64,000 bases of DNA from Octopus sinensis (lineage: Eukaryota). Under the pieces are notes generated by a model, which had not been told where the DNA came from, did not search any database, and saw nothing but the letters and a program-made list of their open reading frames with translations. The translations under genes and the position numbers were made by a program. This document shows, piece after piece, positions 11,482-24,639 of this stretch. How positions within the stretch are numbered: the first letter of the stretch is position 1; each line of letters begins with the position of its first letter. Location: NCBI RefSeq assembly GCF_006345805.1, contig NC_043010.1, forward strand, positions 67,270,001 through 67,334,000. The letters are read 5' to 3'.

Positions 11482-11979
11482 ATTATGATTGTTATGGTAA
11501 GTGCAGGTATTTGTCGTGCAGTGAAGAAGCTTGCTTTGCAGTGATGTGGTAGGGTATTCAGTCCCATTGCAGAATACTTTGAGCAAGTGTCTAATACCAG
11601 CCTTATGAAACCAGCCTTTATGAGCCAGGCATGGCTCAAGAAGGAACAAAGCTAAAGTGGAAGACACTTGTACAGGGTGGCACACGGTTGAACTGAACCT
11701 GGAACCATGTGGTTCATAAGCAAGCTACTTACCACACAGCCACACCTTCACCCATTATTGATGTTTCATTTTGAGAGAAATCAAAACCAACAAAGACATA
11801 TCCATTCATTGGTTGGTCTCTTGTAAGGAACAATACGAGACAAATTTGAATCGTTATTTCTAAGCTAATTAAGTTAATTAACCTTTAAAATGGAGATACC
11901 CACTTCTTGCAAAACAAATGCTCTTGTTTTTAGAAGGATTCATTTACCATTCTTTCTCTCTTCATATTTCACCATGGAA

Positions 11980-12288
11980 CTATCACCACCACCACAACTA
12001 CCAACACCACCACTAGTACCATCACCACCACCACCACTACCATTCCCACCAGCACCATTACTACTACTACTACCACCCACCACTACCACCACCACCACTA
12101 CTATTACCACCACCATTACTACTACTACTACTACTACTACTACTACCACTACTACTACTACTGCTACTACTACTAGTACTACTACTATCACCCACCGCCA
12201 CTACCACCACTACTACTACTACTACCACCACCACCACCTCCGTTACCACTACTAGTACTACCACCACCACCACTATTACCAACACCAT

Positions 12289-12338
<50 letters not shown>

Positions 12339-12410
12339 GCACCAGCACCACCACCACCACTACTATTACCATCACCACCACCATTACTACTACTACTACT
12401 ACTACTTTTT
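11980..12410. repeat. (CAC/TAC)n array
   Basis: Direct inspection. Confidence 0.9.
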
Positions 12411-13329
12411 CTTCTTCCCTTTTCTTCATACTCTACTTCCTCCCTCCTTCTCCTCTCCCTCCTCTTCCCCCCTCCTGTAGAGTTATTTCTTAAACTTACC
12501 AAAATAACTGCAAGAACTGAAGGAAACAAGGGACCAGAATCAGGGAGAAGAACCCCCCACACACACACACACACTTAGGAAATTGCCATAACCTGTCCAG
12601 TTGTCTTTACGGTATCCCTCTCTCAATCCAGACCCTTATATGTCCAATACACACACTGGCCAGTGTATCCTCCAGCCTCTCACCTAACCTTCCAAGCAAC
12701 CCCCTCCCTCTCTCACTCTGTGTCTCTCCCTCTATCCCTCTCTCTTTCCCTCACTCCTCTCTGCCATGCTCTCCCTCTCTCTTTCCCTCACCCCTCTCTG
12801 CCATGCTCTCTCTCTCTTTCCCTCACCCTTCTCTTTTCCTTCTCTCCCCTCTCCCTCACTTTCCTTCTCTCTCTCTTTCCCTCACCCCTTTCTGCCATGC
12901 TCTCTCTGTCTCTCTCTCTCTTTCCCTCACCCCTCTCTTTTCCTCCTCTCCTCCCCCTCTCTCTTTGTACAGATATTTTCTACCAAAGTGAAAGTAAAAG
13001 GGCAGAGAAGCATAGAAAGAAAGAAAGAGAGAGAGAATGAAGAGAGGGAGAGAAAGAGGAGAGGGAGAGTAGGAAAGAGAAGACGAGAGAGAGAGAGAGG
13101 GAGAGGGAGGGAGGGAAGAAGGGAGCCGATGGTTATTTTTAGACTTGTTGAAGGAGATCATTATCAGGAATCATTAATCACATGTTAATGAGGGATGTTT
13201 GATTGTGTATCGAAATATTTGATGGTTAATTTGAAGTACAACTCCTTTCTTCTTGCATCGTCCCACATCTTCTTTCTCCTCCTTTCTTTTGTTTGTGTGT
13301 TGTGTGTGTTTATTGTTTTGTCGATGTCC

Positions 13330-13523
13330 GAAGGTGGTGGTTGTGGCGGTGGTGGTGGTGGTGGGTGGTGGTGGTGGGTGGTGGTGGTGGTGGTGTGGCG
13401 GTGGTGGTGGTGGCGGTAGGGTGGAGGTGGCGCGGCGGTGGCGGTGGTGGCGGTGGCTGTGGCGGTGGTGGTGGCGTGGCGGTGGTGGCGTGGTGTGGTG
13501 GTGGTGGTGGTGGTGGCGGTAGT

Positions 13524-13555
<32 letters not shown>

Positions 13556-14615
13556 TGTGTGGTGTGGCTGTGGTGGTGGTGGCGGTAGTGGTGGAGGTGG
13601 CGTGTGGTGGTGGTGGTGGCTGTGGTGGTGGTGGTGGCTGTGGTGGTGGTGGTGGTGGCGGTAGTGGTGGAGGTGGCGGTGGTGGTGGTGGTGGCTGTGG
13701 TGCGGTGGTGGTGGGTGGTGGTGGCGGTAGTGTGGAGGTGGCGGTGGTGGTGGTGGTGGTGGTGGCTGTGGTGGTGGTGGCGGCAGTGGTGGAGGTGGCG
13801 GCGGTGGCGGTGGTGGTGGTGGCGGCGGTGCGGTGGTGTTGGTGTGGTGGCTGTGGTGGTGGTGTGGTGGTGGTGGCGGTAGTGGTGGAGGTGGCGGCGT
13901 GGCGGTGGCGGTGGCGGTGGTGGTGGTGGTGGTGGTGGTGCGCGGCGGTGGTGGTGGTGGTGGCTGGGGGTGGTGGTGGTGGTGGTGGTGGCGGTAGGGT
14001 GGAGGTGGCGGTGGTGGTGTGGTGGTGGTGGCGGCGGTGGCGGTGTGGTGGTGGTGGCTTGGTGGTGGTGGTGGTGGTGGCGGTAGTGGTGGAGGTGGCG
14101 GCGGTGGCGGTGGCGGTGGTGGTGGTGGCGGCGGTGGCGGTGGTGGTGGTGGCGGTGGTGGCGTGTGGTGGTGGCGGCGGTGGTGGTGGTGGTGGTGGTG
14201 TGGTGGAGGTGGCGGTGGTTGTGGTGGTGGTGGCGGTGGTGGTGGTGGCGTGGCGGTGGTGGTGGTGGCGGTGATGGTGGTGGTGGCGGTGGTGGCGGTG
14301 GTGGTGGTGGCGGTGGTGGTGGTGGTGGTGGCGGGGTGTTGTGGTGGCGGTGGTGGTGGTGATGGTGGTGGGGTGGTAGTGGTGGTGGTGGTAGTGGTGG
14401 TGGTGGTGGCGGTGGTGGTGGTGGTGGGGGGGTGTGGTGGTGGTGGCGGTGGTGGTGGTGGTGGCGGTGGTGGTGGTGGTGGCGGTGGTGGTGGTGGTGG
14501 CGGTGGTGGCGGTGGTGGCGGTGGTGGTGGCGGTGGTGGGGTGGGAGCGGTGGTGGTGGTGGTGGTGGTGGCTTTGGTGGTGGTGGCGGTGGTGGTGGCG
14601 GTGGTGGCGGTGGTG
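13330..14615. repeat. (GGT/GGC)n G-rich array, ~1.3 kb
   Basis: Direct inspection; source of poly-G/V/W ORFs. Confidence 0.95.
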
Positions 14616-14909
14616 TTGCCTGTTGAGTAAGTCAGCCTGTCAACTCAATTTGATCATCGGGACAGACACATACAGAGAGCTACAAACACGGAAGTAGCCG
14701 GACCAAACACAATAAATCAATTAGTTTTGGGCAGCTATTACCATCCCACACAGATATTGATACACACACACACACACTAAATATATATGTATATATGTGT
14801 GTGTGTGTGTGTGGTGTGTGTATGTGTGTGTGTGTGTGTATGTGTATGTACTTGTGTGTATGTGAGTCAATATACATGGGATAGTCATGGTTATACATTC
14901 ATCAACACA

Positions 14910-15140
14910 CATCTATCTATCTGTCTGTCTGTTTGTCAGTCTATCTGTCTGTCTATCAGTCTGTCTATCTACCCACCTGTCTGTCTGTCTATCTGTCTGT
15001 CAGTCTATCTGTCTGTCAGTCTGTCTGTCTGTCTGTCAGTCTGTCTGTCTGTCAGTCTGTCTATCTATCCACCTGTCTGTCTGTCTGTTTGTCTATCTGT
15101 CTATCTGCCTGTCTGTCTGTCTGTCAGTCTGTCTATCTAA
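14910..15140. repeat. (TCTG/TCTA)n array
   Basis: Direct inspection. Confidence 0.9.
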
Positions 15141-15350
15141 ACGCTGCTCCTCTAAATGGAAACCTTTACCTGTCGTTGTTGTGTTGTGGCAACGAAGCAA
15201 AGCAGGTCATGCCATTCACTCAAGAAAACACATTGTAAATGATCCACAAGCACTCAAGCAAATTGAGTCCTCAACTTGTTCCATTTGCCAAAACGCTTGC
15301 AAGGCACCAGAAGGCCCCAAGAGACACGTTTGTGTCCATAGAACATGATT
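15140..15350 (+). mobile_element. RTE-group LINE C-terminal zinc-finger remnant
   Basis: TCSICQNACKAPEGPKRHVCVHRT* resembles the terminal C2H2-like motif of RTE/BovB ORFs. Confidence 0.45.
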
Positions 15351-15666
15351 ACTGCTTATTTTACTGAATTCTCATTTGTCATTTGTGACAAGAGAATCCA
15401 TCATATATATGTATAAATGTGGAGTAGATGAAACAGGGACAACTGAAGAAGGGGAATATTCTTCATGTTGTATGTCTTGTTTCTCTGTTTGTTTTTTTCG
15501 TTGTCCAAAAAAAATTTGTTTCTATGTTCTTGTTTTTATGTTTTCGTTTCTCATTGTGTTCAACGTTTTTTGATGTCCTGTGCCCATATATGCATGTAAT
15601 ATATACATATATATGTAGGTATGTACATATATGTATATATATATATGCATATATTTATATATTATT

Positions 15667-15910
15667 TATGGTGGCACGTAAAAAGCACCATCCGATCGTG
15701 GCCGTTTGCCAGCCCCGTCTGGCACCTGTGCCAGTGGCACGTAAAAAGCACCCACTACACTCATGGAGTGGTTGACGTTAGGAAGGGCATCCAGCTGTAG
15801 AAACACTGCCAGATCAGACTGGGCCTGGCGCAGCCTTCTGGCTTCCCAGACCCCAGTTGAACCGTCCAACCCATGCTAGCATGGAAAACGGACGTTAAAC
15901 GATGATGATG
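15667..15910 (+). mobile_element. RTE LINE 3' UTR remnant
   Basis: Two ggtggcacgtaaaaagcacc modules; terminus aacccatgctagcatggaaaacggacgttaaacgatgatg. Confidence 0.8.
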
Positions 15911-16049
15911 ATATATACACACAAAATGAAAACAAATATCCGTCAAATGTAAAATATATATATATATATACATACATATACACACACACATATATGTATA
16001 TATATATATATGCACACACACTTTACTATACTTCACTTAAGCCCTTCAC

Positions 16050-16300
16050 TCCCTAAGGAGCAGAAGTCATTAATGACTTTTCTCTGCTGTTCTTGACTTG
16101 TGGCTGTCTTTTCTGCTTTTCTCCAGTTGGATCACTGCTTTTGCAGAACTTTGCCTCAGCATATCACCTCCCTTGTGGGTTCCAGGTCTCTCAGATGGAA
16201 GGCCTTCCTCTCCCACATCTTGTTGGTTATAAATTATCATTGATGCTTCCGTATTTTTGCTTTTCTCCAGGCAGGGATGTTACACAAACCAAACTTTTTC
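16050..16300 (-). mobile_element. Second RTE/RTE-X family, ORF C-terminus
   Basis: Minus strand TWNPQG...NWRKAEKTA...KVINDFCSLGSEGL; related to 51120-51190 and 51590-51745. Confidence 0.5.
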
Positions 16301-16454
16301 TCTGGAAGGAGGTGGTCCGTATTAGTCTCACTTTCAGCCTTTGACCAGATGTCCAACATAGGTGGCCTATCAAGAGTTTGCACTCCTCTGGCATAACTCC
16401 CAGTCATTGAGGCTCACAAGGACTTGAACTTGTGGAGGATATATATATATATAT

Positions 16455-16935
16455 ATATCCAAACTGTTGAAGGAATCCGGGGAAGAGGTAGACCCAAGAA
16501 GACATGGGATAGGATGGTCAAGCATGACCTTTGAACGTTGGGCCTCACAGAGGCAATGATGAAAGACTGAGACCTCTGGAGATAAGCTGTGACTGTGAAG
16601 ATCCGATAAATGAAGTGAGTTCATGGCTCGCAGGACAGTCTGCTGTGCTTACCTTGGATTGTAGGGTGACCTGCTGTGCTTGAGGAGACCTATTGAATCA
16701 AGTACATCGACATCAAAATAAAAATCAAATGGAAATTGTAATTGTGATACCTGTGTCGGTGGCACGTAAAAAGCACCCAATACACTCACGGAGTGGTTGG
16801 CGTTAGGAAGGGCATCCAGCTGTAGAAACACTGCCAGATCAGACTGGAGCCTGGTGCAGCCTCCTGGTTTCCCAGACCCTGGTCAAACTGTCCAACCCAT
16901 GCTAGCATGGAAAATGGTTGTTAAATGAGGATGAT
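16455..16935 (+). mobile_element. RTE LINE 3' end, ORF terminus contiguous with the abundant UTR repeat
   Basis: GIRGRGRPKKTWDRMVKHDL*TLGLTEAM followed by the UTR shared by many copies in the window. Confidence 0.8.
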
Positions 16936-17072
16936 GATGATATATATATATACACACACATAAATTTACTGTTAACAAAAGTCAGGATGTGTTGCATTCA
17001 GTTACGCAATAAATGAAAAATGCATTGAATACTAAAAGACATACGCATAAGACATACACAGAAGGATCCTAA

Positions 17073-17150
17073 TTCTTCATCAGTTATTGACCGAAATACT
17101 AATATACAGTTTCAAGTGTATTAGTATTTCGGTTGATAACTGATGAAGAA
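17073..17150 (+). other. 35-bp stem / 8-nt loop hairpin
   Basis: Arms 17073-17107 and 17116-17150 pair completely on the + strand with three G-U wobbles. Confidence 0.75.
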
Positions 17151-17199
17151 CAACAATGATCACGAATAAATCGTGCTTTCTATAGAGTGAATGTTTGGC

Positions 17200-18320
17200 A
17201 CGACACTGCAGTTGTAATACAGTGCTATGAATGTTAGTATGACACTACAATGGTATTACAATGGTAGGAATGGTATTATGACACTACAGTAATAATACAG
17301 TTGTAGGAATGTCGGTATGACACTGCAGTGGTAATACAAGGGTAGAAATGTTAGTATGACACTGCAGTTGTAATACAAGGGTAGAAATGTTAGTATGACA
17401 CTGCAGTGGTAATACAAGGGTAGAAATGTTAGTGTGACACTGCAGTTGTAATACAATAGAGTGAATGTTAGTATGACACTGCAGTGGTAATACAAGGGTA
17501 GAAATGTTAGTATAACATTGAAGTGGTAATACAAGTGTAGAAATGTTAGTATGACACTGCAGTGGTAATACAAGGGTAGAAATGTTAGTATGACATTGCA
17601 GTGGTAATACAAGGGTAGAAATGTTAGTATGACACTGCAGTTGTAATACAAGGGTAGAAATGTTAGTATGACACTGCAGTTGTAATACAAGGGTAGAAAT
17701 GTTAGTATGACACTGCAGTGGTAATACAAGGGTAGAAATGTTAGTGTGACACTGCAGTTGTAATACAATAGAGTGAATGTTAGTATGACACTGCAGTGGT
17801 AATACAAGGGTAGAAATGTTAGTATAACATTGAAGTGGTAATACAAGTGTAGAAATGTTAGTATGACACTGCAGTGGTAATACAAGGGTAGAAATGTTAG
17901 TATGACATTGCAGTGGTAATACAAGGGTAGAAATGTTAGTATGACACTGCAGTGGTAATACAAGGGTTAAAATGTTAGTATGACACTGCTGTGGTAATAC
18001 GAGGGTAGAAATGCTAGTATGACACTGCAATGGTAATACAAGGGTAGAAATGTTAGTATGACATTGCAGTGGTAATACAAGGGTAGAAATGTTAGTATGA
18101 CACTGCAATGGTAATACAATGCTATGAATGTTAGTATGACACTGCAGTGGTAATACAATGCTATGAATGTTAGTATGACTGTAGAATGGTAACACTGTGT
18201 TACAGTGGTAGGAATGTCAGTATGACACTGCGGTTGTTATACAGGGCTATGAATGTTAGTATGACACCAGAGTGATAGCACAATAGTAGGAATGTTAGTA
18301 TGACACTGCAGCGGTAATAC
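17200..18320. repeat. 39-bp minisatellite (~28 units) with an 8-unit higher-order repeat
   Basis: Unit gacactgcagtggtaatacaagggtagaaatgttagtat; variant tataacattgaagtgg at 17511 and 17823 (312 bp apart). Confidence 0.95.
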
Positions 18321-18614
18321 AGTGTTCAGCAGAACTGAAGAAATGAACAGCACCGAAAACTATTCAAAGTGCATCTTTCTCTGTAGTCTGCTGCACTTGA
18401 CTGCTTGCGAAATCAATCAATATTTGATCCTAATGTTTTACAATTCTCTCTCTCCTGCTCTCTCCCTCTCTCTCCCTCTCTCTCCCTGTTTTTTCTCCCC
18501 ACTCTCTCTCTCACCTTCTGCTCTTTTCTTCTCTTTCCCTCCCTCTCTCTCTCTTTTGCTTTCATCTTTTTTCTCCTTTTCACCTTCTTTCTCTCTGTTA
18601 CTATCAACAGTACC

Positions 18615-19510
18615 TCTACAACTACTACTACTACTACTACTACTACTACCGCTGCTGCTACTACTACTACTGCTGCTGCTGCTGCTACTACTACTACTAC
18701 TGCTGCTGCTACTACTACTACTACAAATACTAGCACCACTACCACCATCATCACCACCACCACCATCACCACGTCACTACCACCACTGCAACAACAACAA
18801 CAACACAGCCACAATCACTACAATCACAAGCACCACCACCACCACCACCACCACCACCTCTACCATCATCATCATTACTGCTTGCACCTGCACTGTCGCT
18901 ATCATTACCACAACACCACCATCACCATCGCCATCATCACTACTATCGCTATGACTACCACAGTCACCACAACCATCACTACAACTACAACCACCATCAT
19001 CATCACCAGCATCATCACCACCACCACCACTACTACCACTATTACTACTACCATCACCATCACAACGGCCACCACTACCACCATCAACGCCACCACCACC
19101 ACCACTACACCATTACAACAAACACCACCACCACTACCACCAGCACTTCTACCACAGCCAGCACCACCACCACCACCACTACACCATCACAGCAAACACC
19201 ACCACATCACAACGACCACCATCACTACATCATCACAACGACGACGACCACCACCACCACTACTACCACTATTACTACTACCATCACCATCACAACGGCC
19301 ACCACTACCACCATCAACGCCACCACTACCACCATCACTACACCATTACAACAAACACCACCACCACTACCACCAGCACTTCTACCACAGCCAGCACCAC
19401 CACCACCACCACCACTACACCATCACAGCAAACACCACCACATCACAACGACCACCATCACTACATCATCACAACGACGACGACGACGACCACCACCACC
19501 ACCACCATCA
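18615..19510. repeat. (CTA/CAC/CAT)n low-complexity array with internal ~230-bp duplication
   Basis: caccattacaacaaacaccacc...cagcacttctaccacagccagc at ~19110 and ~19340. Confidence 0.85.
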
Positions 19511-20097
19511 CAAAGCCAAAATTTTCCCCTCTTTCAAACTGACCTTAATTTGTGACTAGTTTTAGCTGACCCCTTACAACTTTCCCCTTCCTCTGTTTTG
19601 TTTTTTTTCTTAGTCTCTAGCTAGTTTGACTGGTAGCAGCTGCACAAACATCAAACAACCACTGCCCAGTTGCAGCTTGCTGCACATAACTGATGCACAA
19701 AAAGAAATATCAAAATCAAATCTGCAATGCAGTTTGCTGTCTGAATTTATGTGCATGCAAAAAAAGGTGAATGAATTTCCAGTTTGCTCTTAGCAGTGTT
19801 ACCTCTTCTTGTTAATGTTGTTGCTCTTGTTGTTATGTAGCTCTAAGTAATCCTTACTCCGAAAGTATTTAAACCAGCCACATCTGGTCCGAGTATTCCA
19901 CTTGTTTTGTGGTCAATCTGGCCAGAATCAACTTCTCACACCTACCCTACATTGGCATTTGCTCCAGCATGACTACCTCTTATTAGCTGAAACCGGTTCG
20001 ATTCAATTCATCATTGAAATCTCAAAGCTTTGAGATAATGCAAGATAAATTCAAAACAATTCATCATCATCATCATCATCATCATTATCATCATCAT

Positions 20098-20475
20098 CAT
20101 CGTTTAACGTCCACTTTCCATGCTAGCATGGGTTGGATGATTTGACTGAGGACTGGCGAACCAGATGGCTGCACCAGGCTCCAATCTGATCTGGCAGAGT
20201 TTCTACAGCTGGATGCCCTTCCTAACGCCAACCACTCCGAGAGTGTAGTGGGTGCTTTTACATGCCACCGGCACGAGGGCCAGCCAGGCGGTACTGGCAA
20301 CGGCCACGCTCAAATGGTGTTTTTTACATGCCACCTGCACAGGAGTCAGTCCAGTGGCACTGGCAAAGACCTCGCTCGGATGTTTTTTTACGTGCCAGTA
20401 AGGCGACGCTGGTAACGATCACACTCGAATGGTGCTTTTTTATGTGCCACCGGCATGGAAGCCAGTTAGCCGACT
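20098..20475 (-). mobile_element. RTE LINE 3' UTR remnant
   Basis: Same family as 9335-9870. Confidence 0.8.
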
Positions 20476-20649
20476 TCATAAATAAGTAGTAACCTGAATG
20501 CTTACTGGATAAGTAAGAAGTAAGCTAAATGCTATGGATTAAAATGAGAACAAGATCATCATCATTTAACGTTCGTTTTTCTTACTGGCATGGGTTGGAT
20601 GGTTTGACAGGAGCTGGCCAATCAGGGAACTGTCCAGACTCCAACTGAG

Positions 20650-20835
20650 GGGAGAGTCCATGAAAAAACAAAAGATGAAGACAGGTGGTGTACAAAACAA
20701 ACAGATGTATTAGTATAAAGCTCAGGAATAGAAAAAGTATTTTACATTTCGAGCCTATGCTCTTCTACAGAAAGGGACACAGAAAAAAACAAGGAGAGAA
20801 AAAAATGTGTGTAGTGGTTATTGATCTATCATGGC
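20650..20835 (-). mobile_element. Second Penelope-like pseudo-LTR fragment with degenerate hammerhead
   Basis: Minus strand cttt-ctgtaga-a-gagc-atag-gctc-gaaa-tgta-aaat (20740-20774): same layout as 1500-1545 but with core substitutions. Confidence 0.45.
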
Positions 20836-21149
20836 ATGGATCCCCATCCTAATGCCAACCACTTTATAGTGTGTGCTGGGTGCTTTTTATGTGCCACTAG
20901 CATGGGTACACTTATGTAGCACTGGCACGAGTGCACTTTACGTGGCACAGGGGAGACTAAACCTGTAGCTTTAGACATATTGCTCATGTGAATTAGAAAA
21001 AGGAACAAAGTCTTAACCGCTGCAGTATCTAACCCTTTAGCATTTAAACCAGCAGTATCCCGCCAAAATATTCAACTTGTTTTTATGTTCAAACTGGCCA
21101 GATCTAACCTCTCACACCAGCCCTACAATGTCATCCTAAAAATTAATAG

Positions 21150-21354
21150 TTACTCTTTTATTTGTTTCAGTCATTTGACTGTGGCCATGCTGGAGCACCA
21201 CCTTTAGTTGAAGAAATCGACCCCAGGACATATTCTTTGTAAGCCTAGTACTTATTCTGTCGGTCTCTTTTTGCCGAACCGCTAAGTTACGGGAGCGTAA
21301 ACACACCAGCATCGGTTGTCAAGTGATGTTGGTGGGGACAAACACAGACACACA

Positions 21355-21419
<65 letters not shown>

Positions 21420-21597
21420 CATATACATATACATATATACGATGGGCTTCTTTCAATTTCCATCTACCAAATCCACTCACAAGGCTTTGGTTAGCCCAAG
21501 GCTATAGCAGAAGGCACATGCCCAAGGTGCCACACAGTGCGACTGAACCCGGAACCATGTGGTTGGTAAGTAAGCTACTTACCACACAGCCACTCCT
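21150..21597 (-). mobile_element. SINE family A
   Basis: Full-length copy with internal (TA)n. Confidence 0.85.
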
Positions 21598-21719
21598 TCA
21601 TCAAAATTTCATAGCTACAAGATAATGCATAATTAATTCAAAACCAGTGATATGCTGAGCTTGAAAAGACCCACCAAACCAAGCAAAATCATAGTCATAC
21701 TCGATGTTGGTATCACATA

Positions 21720-22140
21720 AATGGTACCCATGCCGATGGCTTGTGAAAAGCACCTTTCGAATGTTGGGCTTCACAGAGGCAAAGTGGTCGAATTCATTTT
21801 GAGTTTTGGGCCTCACAGAGGCAATGACCGAGACCTTTGGCATTTTGTTGTGCTTGGGAGGAAGACCCATCAAGCCAAGCCAAATAGCAGTTGTGGCAGA
21901 TACCAGTGTCACGCAAATGGCACCCACCGCAGTTGTAGCTGATACTGGTGTCACACAAATGGCACTCATGCCAGTGTCACATAAAGGCACCCATTACACT
22001 CTCAGAGTGGTTGGCATTAGGAAGGGCATCAAGCCATAGAAACCATGCCAAATCAGAGTGGAGTCTGGTGCAGCCTCCCAGATCGCCAGCACTGGTCAAA
22101 CTGTCCAACCCATGCCAGCATGGACGACAGGCATTAAATG
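21720..22140 (+). mobile_element. RTE LINE 3' end
   Basis: LGLTEAMT remnant, then ggcattaggaagggcatc and aacccatgccagcatgga before (GAT)n. Confidence 0.7.
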
Positions 22141-22207
22141 ATGATGATGATGATGACAATGATGATAATTATGAAGATGGTGATGATGATGATGAGGATG
22201 ATGATGG

Positions 22208-22271
<64 letters not shown>

Positions 22272-22327
22272 AATGAATAAATAAAAGTATTACACTTCAC
22301 AGAATAATGTGAATACTAAAAGGTTAA

Positions 22328-22496
22328 ACCAACCATATGCAGCCTGAATATCCTCCTTGTTTTATGTTCAATCTGGCCAGATCTGGCATCTCACATATTT
22401 GAAATTTCAAAGCTATAAGATGATGCATGATTAATTCAAAACAATGTGAGAGTGAATAAACATTACATTTGACAGAATAATATGAATGCTAAAGGG
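22328..22496 (+). mobile_element. piggyBac-like MITE, right part
   Basis: Ends aatgctaaaggg|ttaa. Confidence 0.55.
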
Positions 22497-22520
22497 TTAA
22501 ATGAGAACAAGCTTTTTATA

Positions 22521-22940
22521 GGCGCAGGAGTGGCTGGGTTGTAAGTAGCTTGCTTACCAACCACATGGTTCCGGGTTCAGTCCCACTGCGTGGCACCTTG
22601 GGCAAGTGTCTTCTACTATAGCCTCGGGCCGACCAAAGCCTTGTGAGTGGATTTGGTAGACAGAAACTGAAAGAAGCTCGTCGTATATATGTATATATAT
22701 ATTATATATATGTATGTGTCTGTGTATATGTTTGTTTGTCTGTGTTTGTTCCCCCAACATCGCTTGACAACCGATACTGGTGTGTTTACGTCCCCGTAAC
22801 TTAGCGGTTCGGCAAAATAGACCGATAGAATAAGTACTGGGCTTACAAGGAATAAGTCCTGGGGTCAATCTGCTCGACTAAAGGCAGTGCTCCAGCATGG
22901 CCACAGTCACATGCCTGAAACAAGTAAAAGAGTAAAGAGA
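22521..22940 (+). mobile_element. SINE family A
   Basis: ggcgcaggagtggc..ggttgtaagtagc; B-box gggttcagtcc; CORE-like ccttgggcaagtgtc; tail gaaacaagtaaaagagtaaagag. Confidence 0.85.
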
Positions 22941-23619
22941 ATAAAATCATCAAAATGGTGGAGATCTAAACTTGTAGCTTTAGACATATTGTGTATGTGA
23001 TTTACATAAAGAATCAGTCTGAGCATTTAATCCTGTTATATTCAAACTGGTCGTGTCCAGCACAAATATTCTACTTGCTTTATGTTCAAGCTGGCCAGAT
23101 ACGGCATCTCACACCTACCCTAAAATATCATTCTTAAATAAACAACCACATTATTGAAATTTCAAAGCTATGAGATAATTCAAAACAATGTGAATAAATA
23201 AGCATTATATTGGATCAAGAAATCTGAATATAAGAGAATTAATCAAGCAGGCCAACTCTCAAAGACATTCTATTGCCATGACCATCTCATGTTAAAGGTT
23301 TATGAAGGATTACCCTGTGTAATGTGTTTTGCATTATTTAAGATGTTAGGGTGTGCTTGAAAGGAATTTGGCAGCTGTTCTTTTGTAGTTGGTCAAATGA
23401 AAGTTTGGAAGAAGGAGTCAACAAACTTCTGATATCTTGAAATTGTTGATCACTTATCAACCCACTTGATGTAAATTTCTAAAATGAAATGGGAGGTAAG
23501 AAGTTTACTTCCCAAGTGCATGCTTTTGGAGTTCTTTCTTCCTAGTATCCCGTTACTGGTGTTTCAGATGTTGGTGCAACTTCGGTCAACATTGCTGTTC
23601 CTGGTATTTATGGATAATA

Positions 23620-23870
23620 TTTGTTGTAAAAGACACATAAATGGCACCCGTGTCAGTGACACATGAGAGGGCACCTGTACCGGTGACACGTAAAAGACAA
23701 CCATGCCAGCGACATGTTTAAAAACTCCAGTATGCTCTTTCGGCATTAGAAGGGGCATTCAGCCGTAAGAAACTAATCCCAAACTGACAACTGGAACCTG
23801 ATGCAGACCTCTAGCTTACCAGCTCTGGTCAAACTGTCTAACCCATGCCAGCATGGAAAACAGATGTTAA
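23620..23870 (+). mobile_element. Diverged RTE 3' UTR remnant
   Basis: ggcattagaaggggcattcagc...aacccatgccagcatggaaaacagatgttaaa. Confidence 0.65.
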
Positions 23871-23871
23871 A

Positions 23872-24535
<664 letters not shown>

Positions 24536-24639
24536 GGTTGGTTGTCAAAGAAGAAGTAGTTAGTAATGGAGTTCATGGAAAAAATAAACCTATACCCTGT
24601 CCAGAATTACTTTTGGTCATCATCTCAAAACTTATTAAA

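Larger units (their letters stand above)
21033..22323 (+). mobile_element. piggyBac-like MITE interrupted by a SINE A, an RTE 3' end and (GAT)n
   Basis: ctaa|ccctttagcatt ... aatactaaaagg|ttaa; body matches 22328-22496, ~23030-23250 and ~60500-60690. Confidence 0.55.

Noticed and set aside
13253-14697. Gly/Val/Trp-rich ORFs resembling structural proteins
   Set aside because: A pure GGT/GGC microsatellite open in all frames, with no signal peptide or splice context.
17200-18320. CRISPR-like or repeat-protein interpretation of the 39-bp array
   Set aside because: Units are contiguous with no unique spacers, and the DNA is eukaryotic; the long ORFs follow from the unit length being a multiple of 3.
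18322-19559. Mucin-like Thr-rich ORFs
   Set aside because: Built from CT, CTA and CAC simple repeats; no domain evidence.
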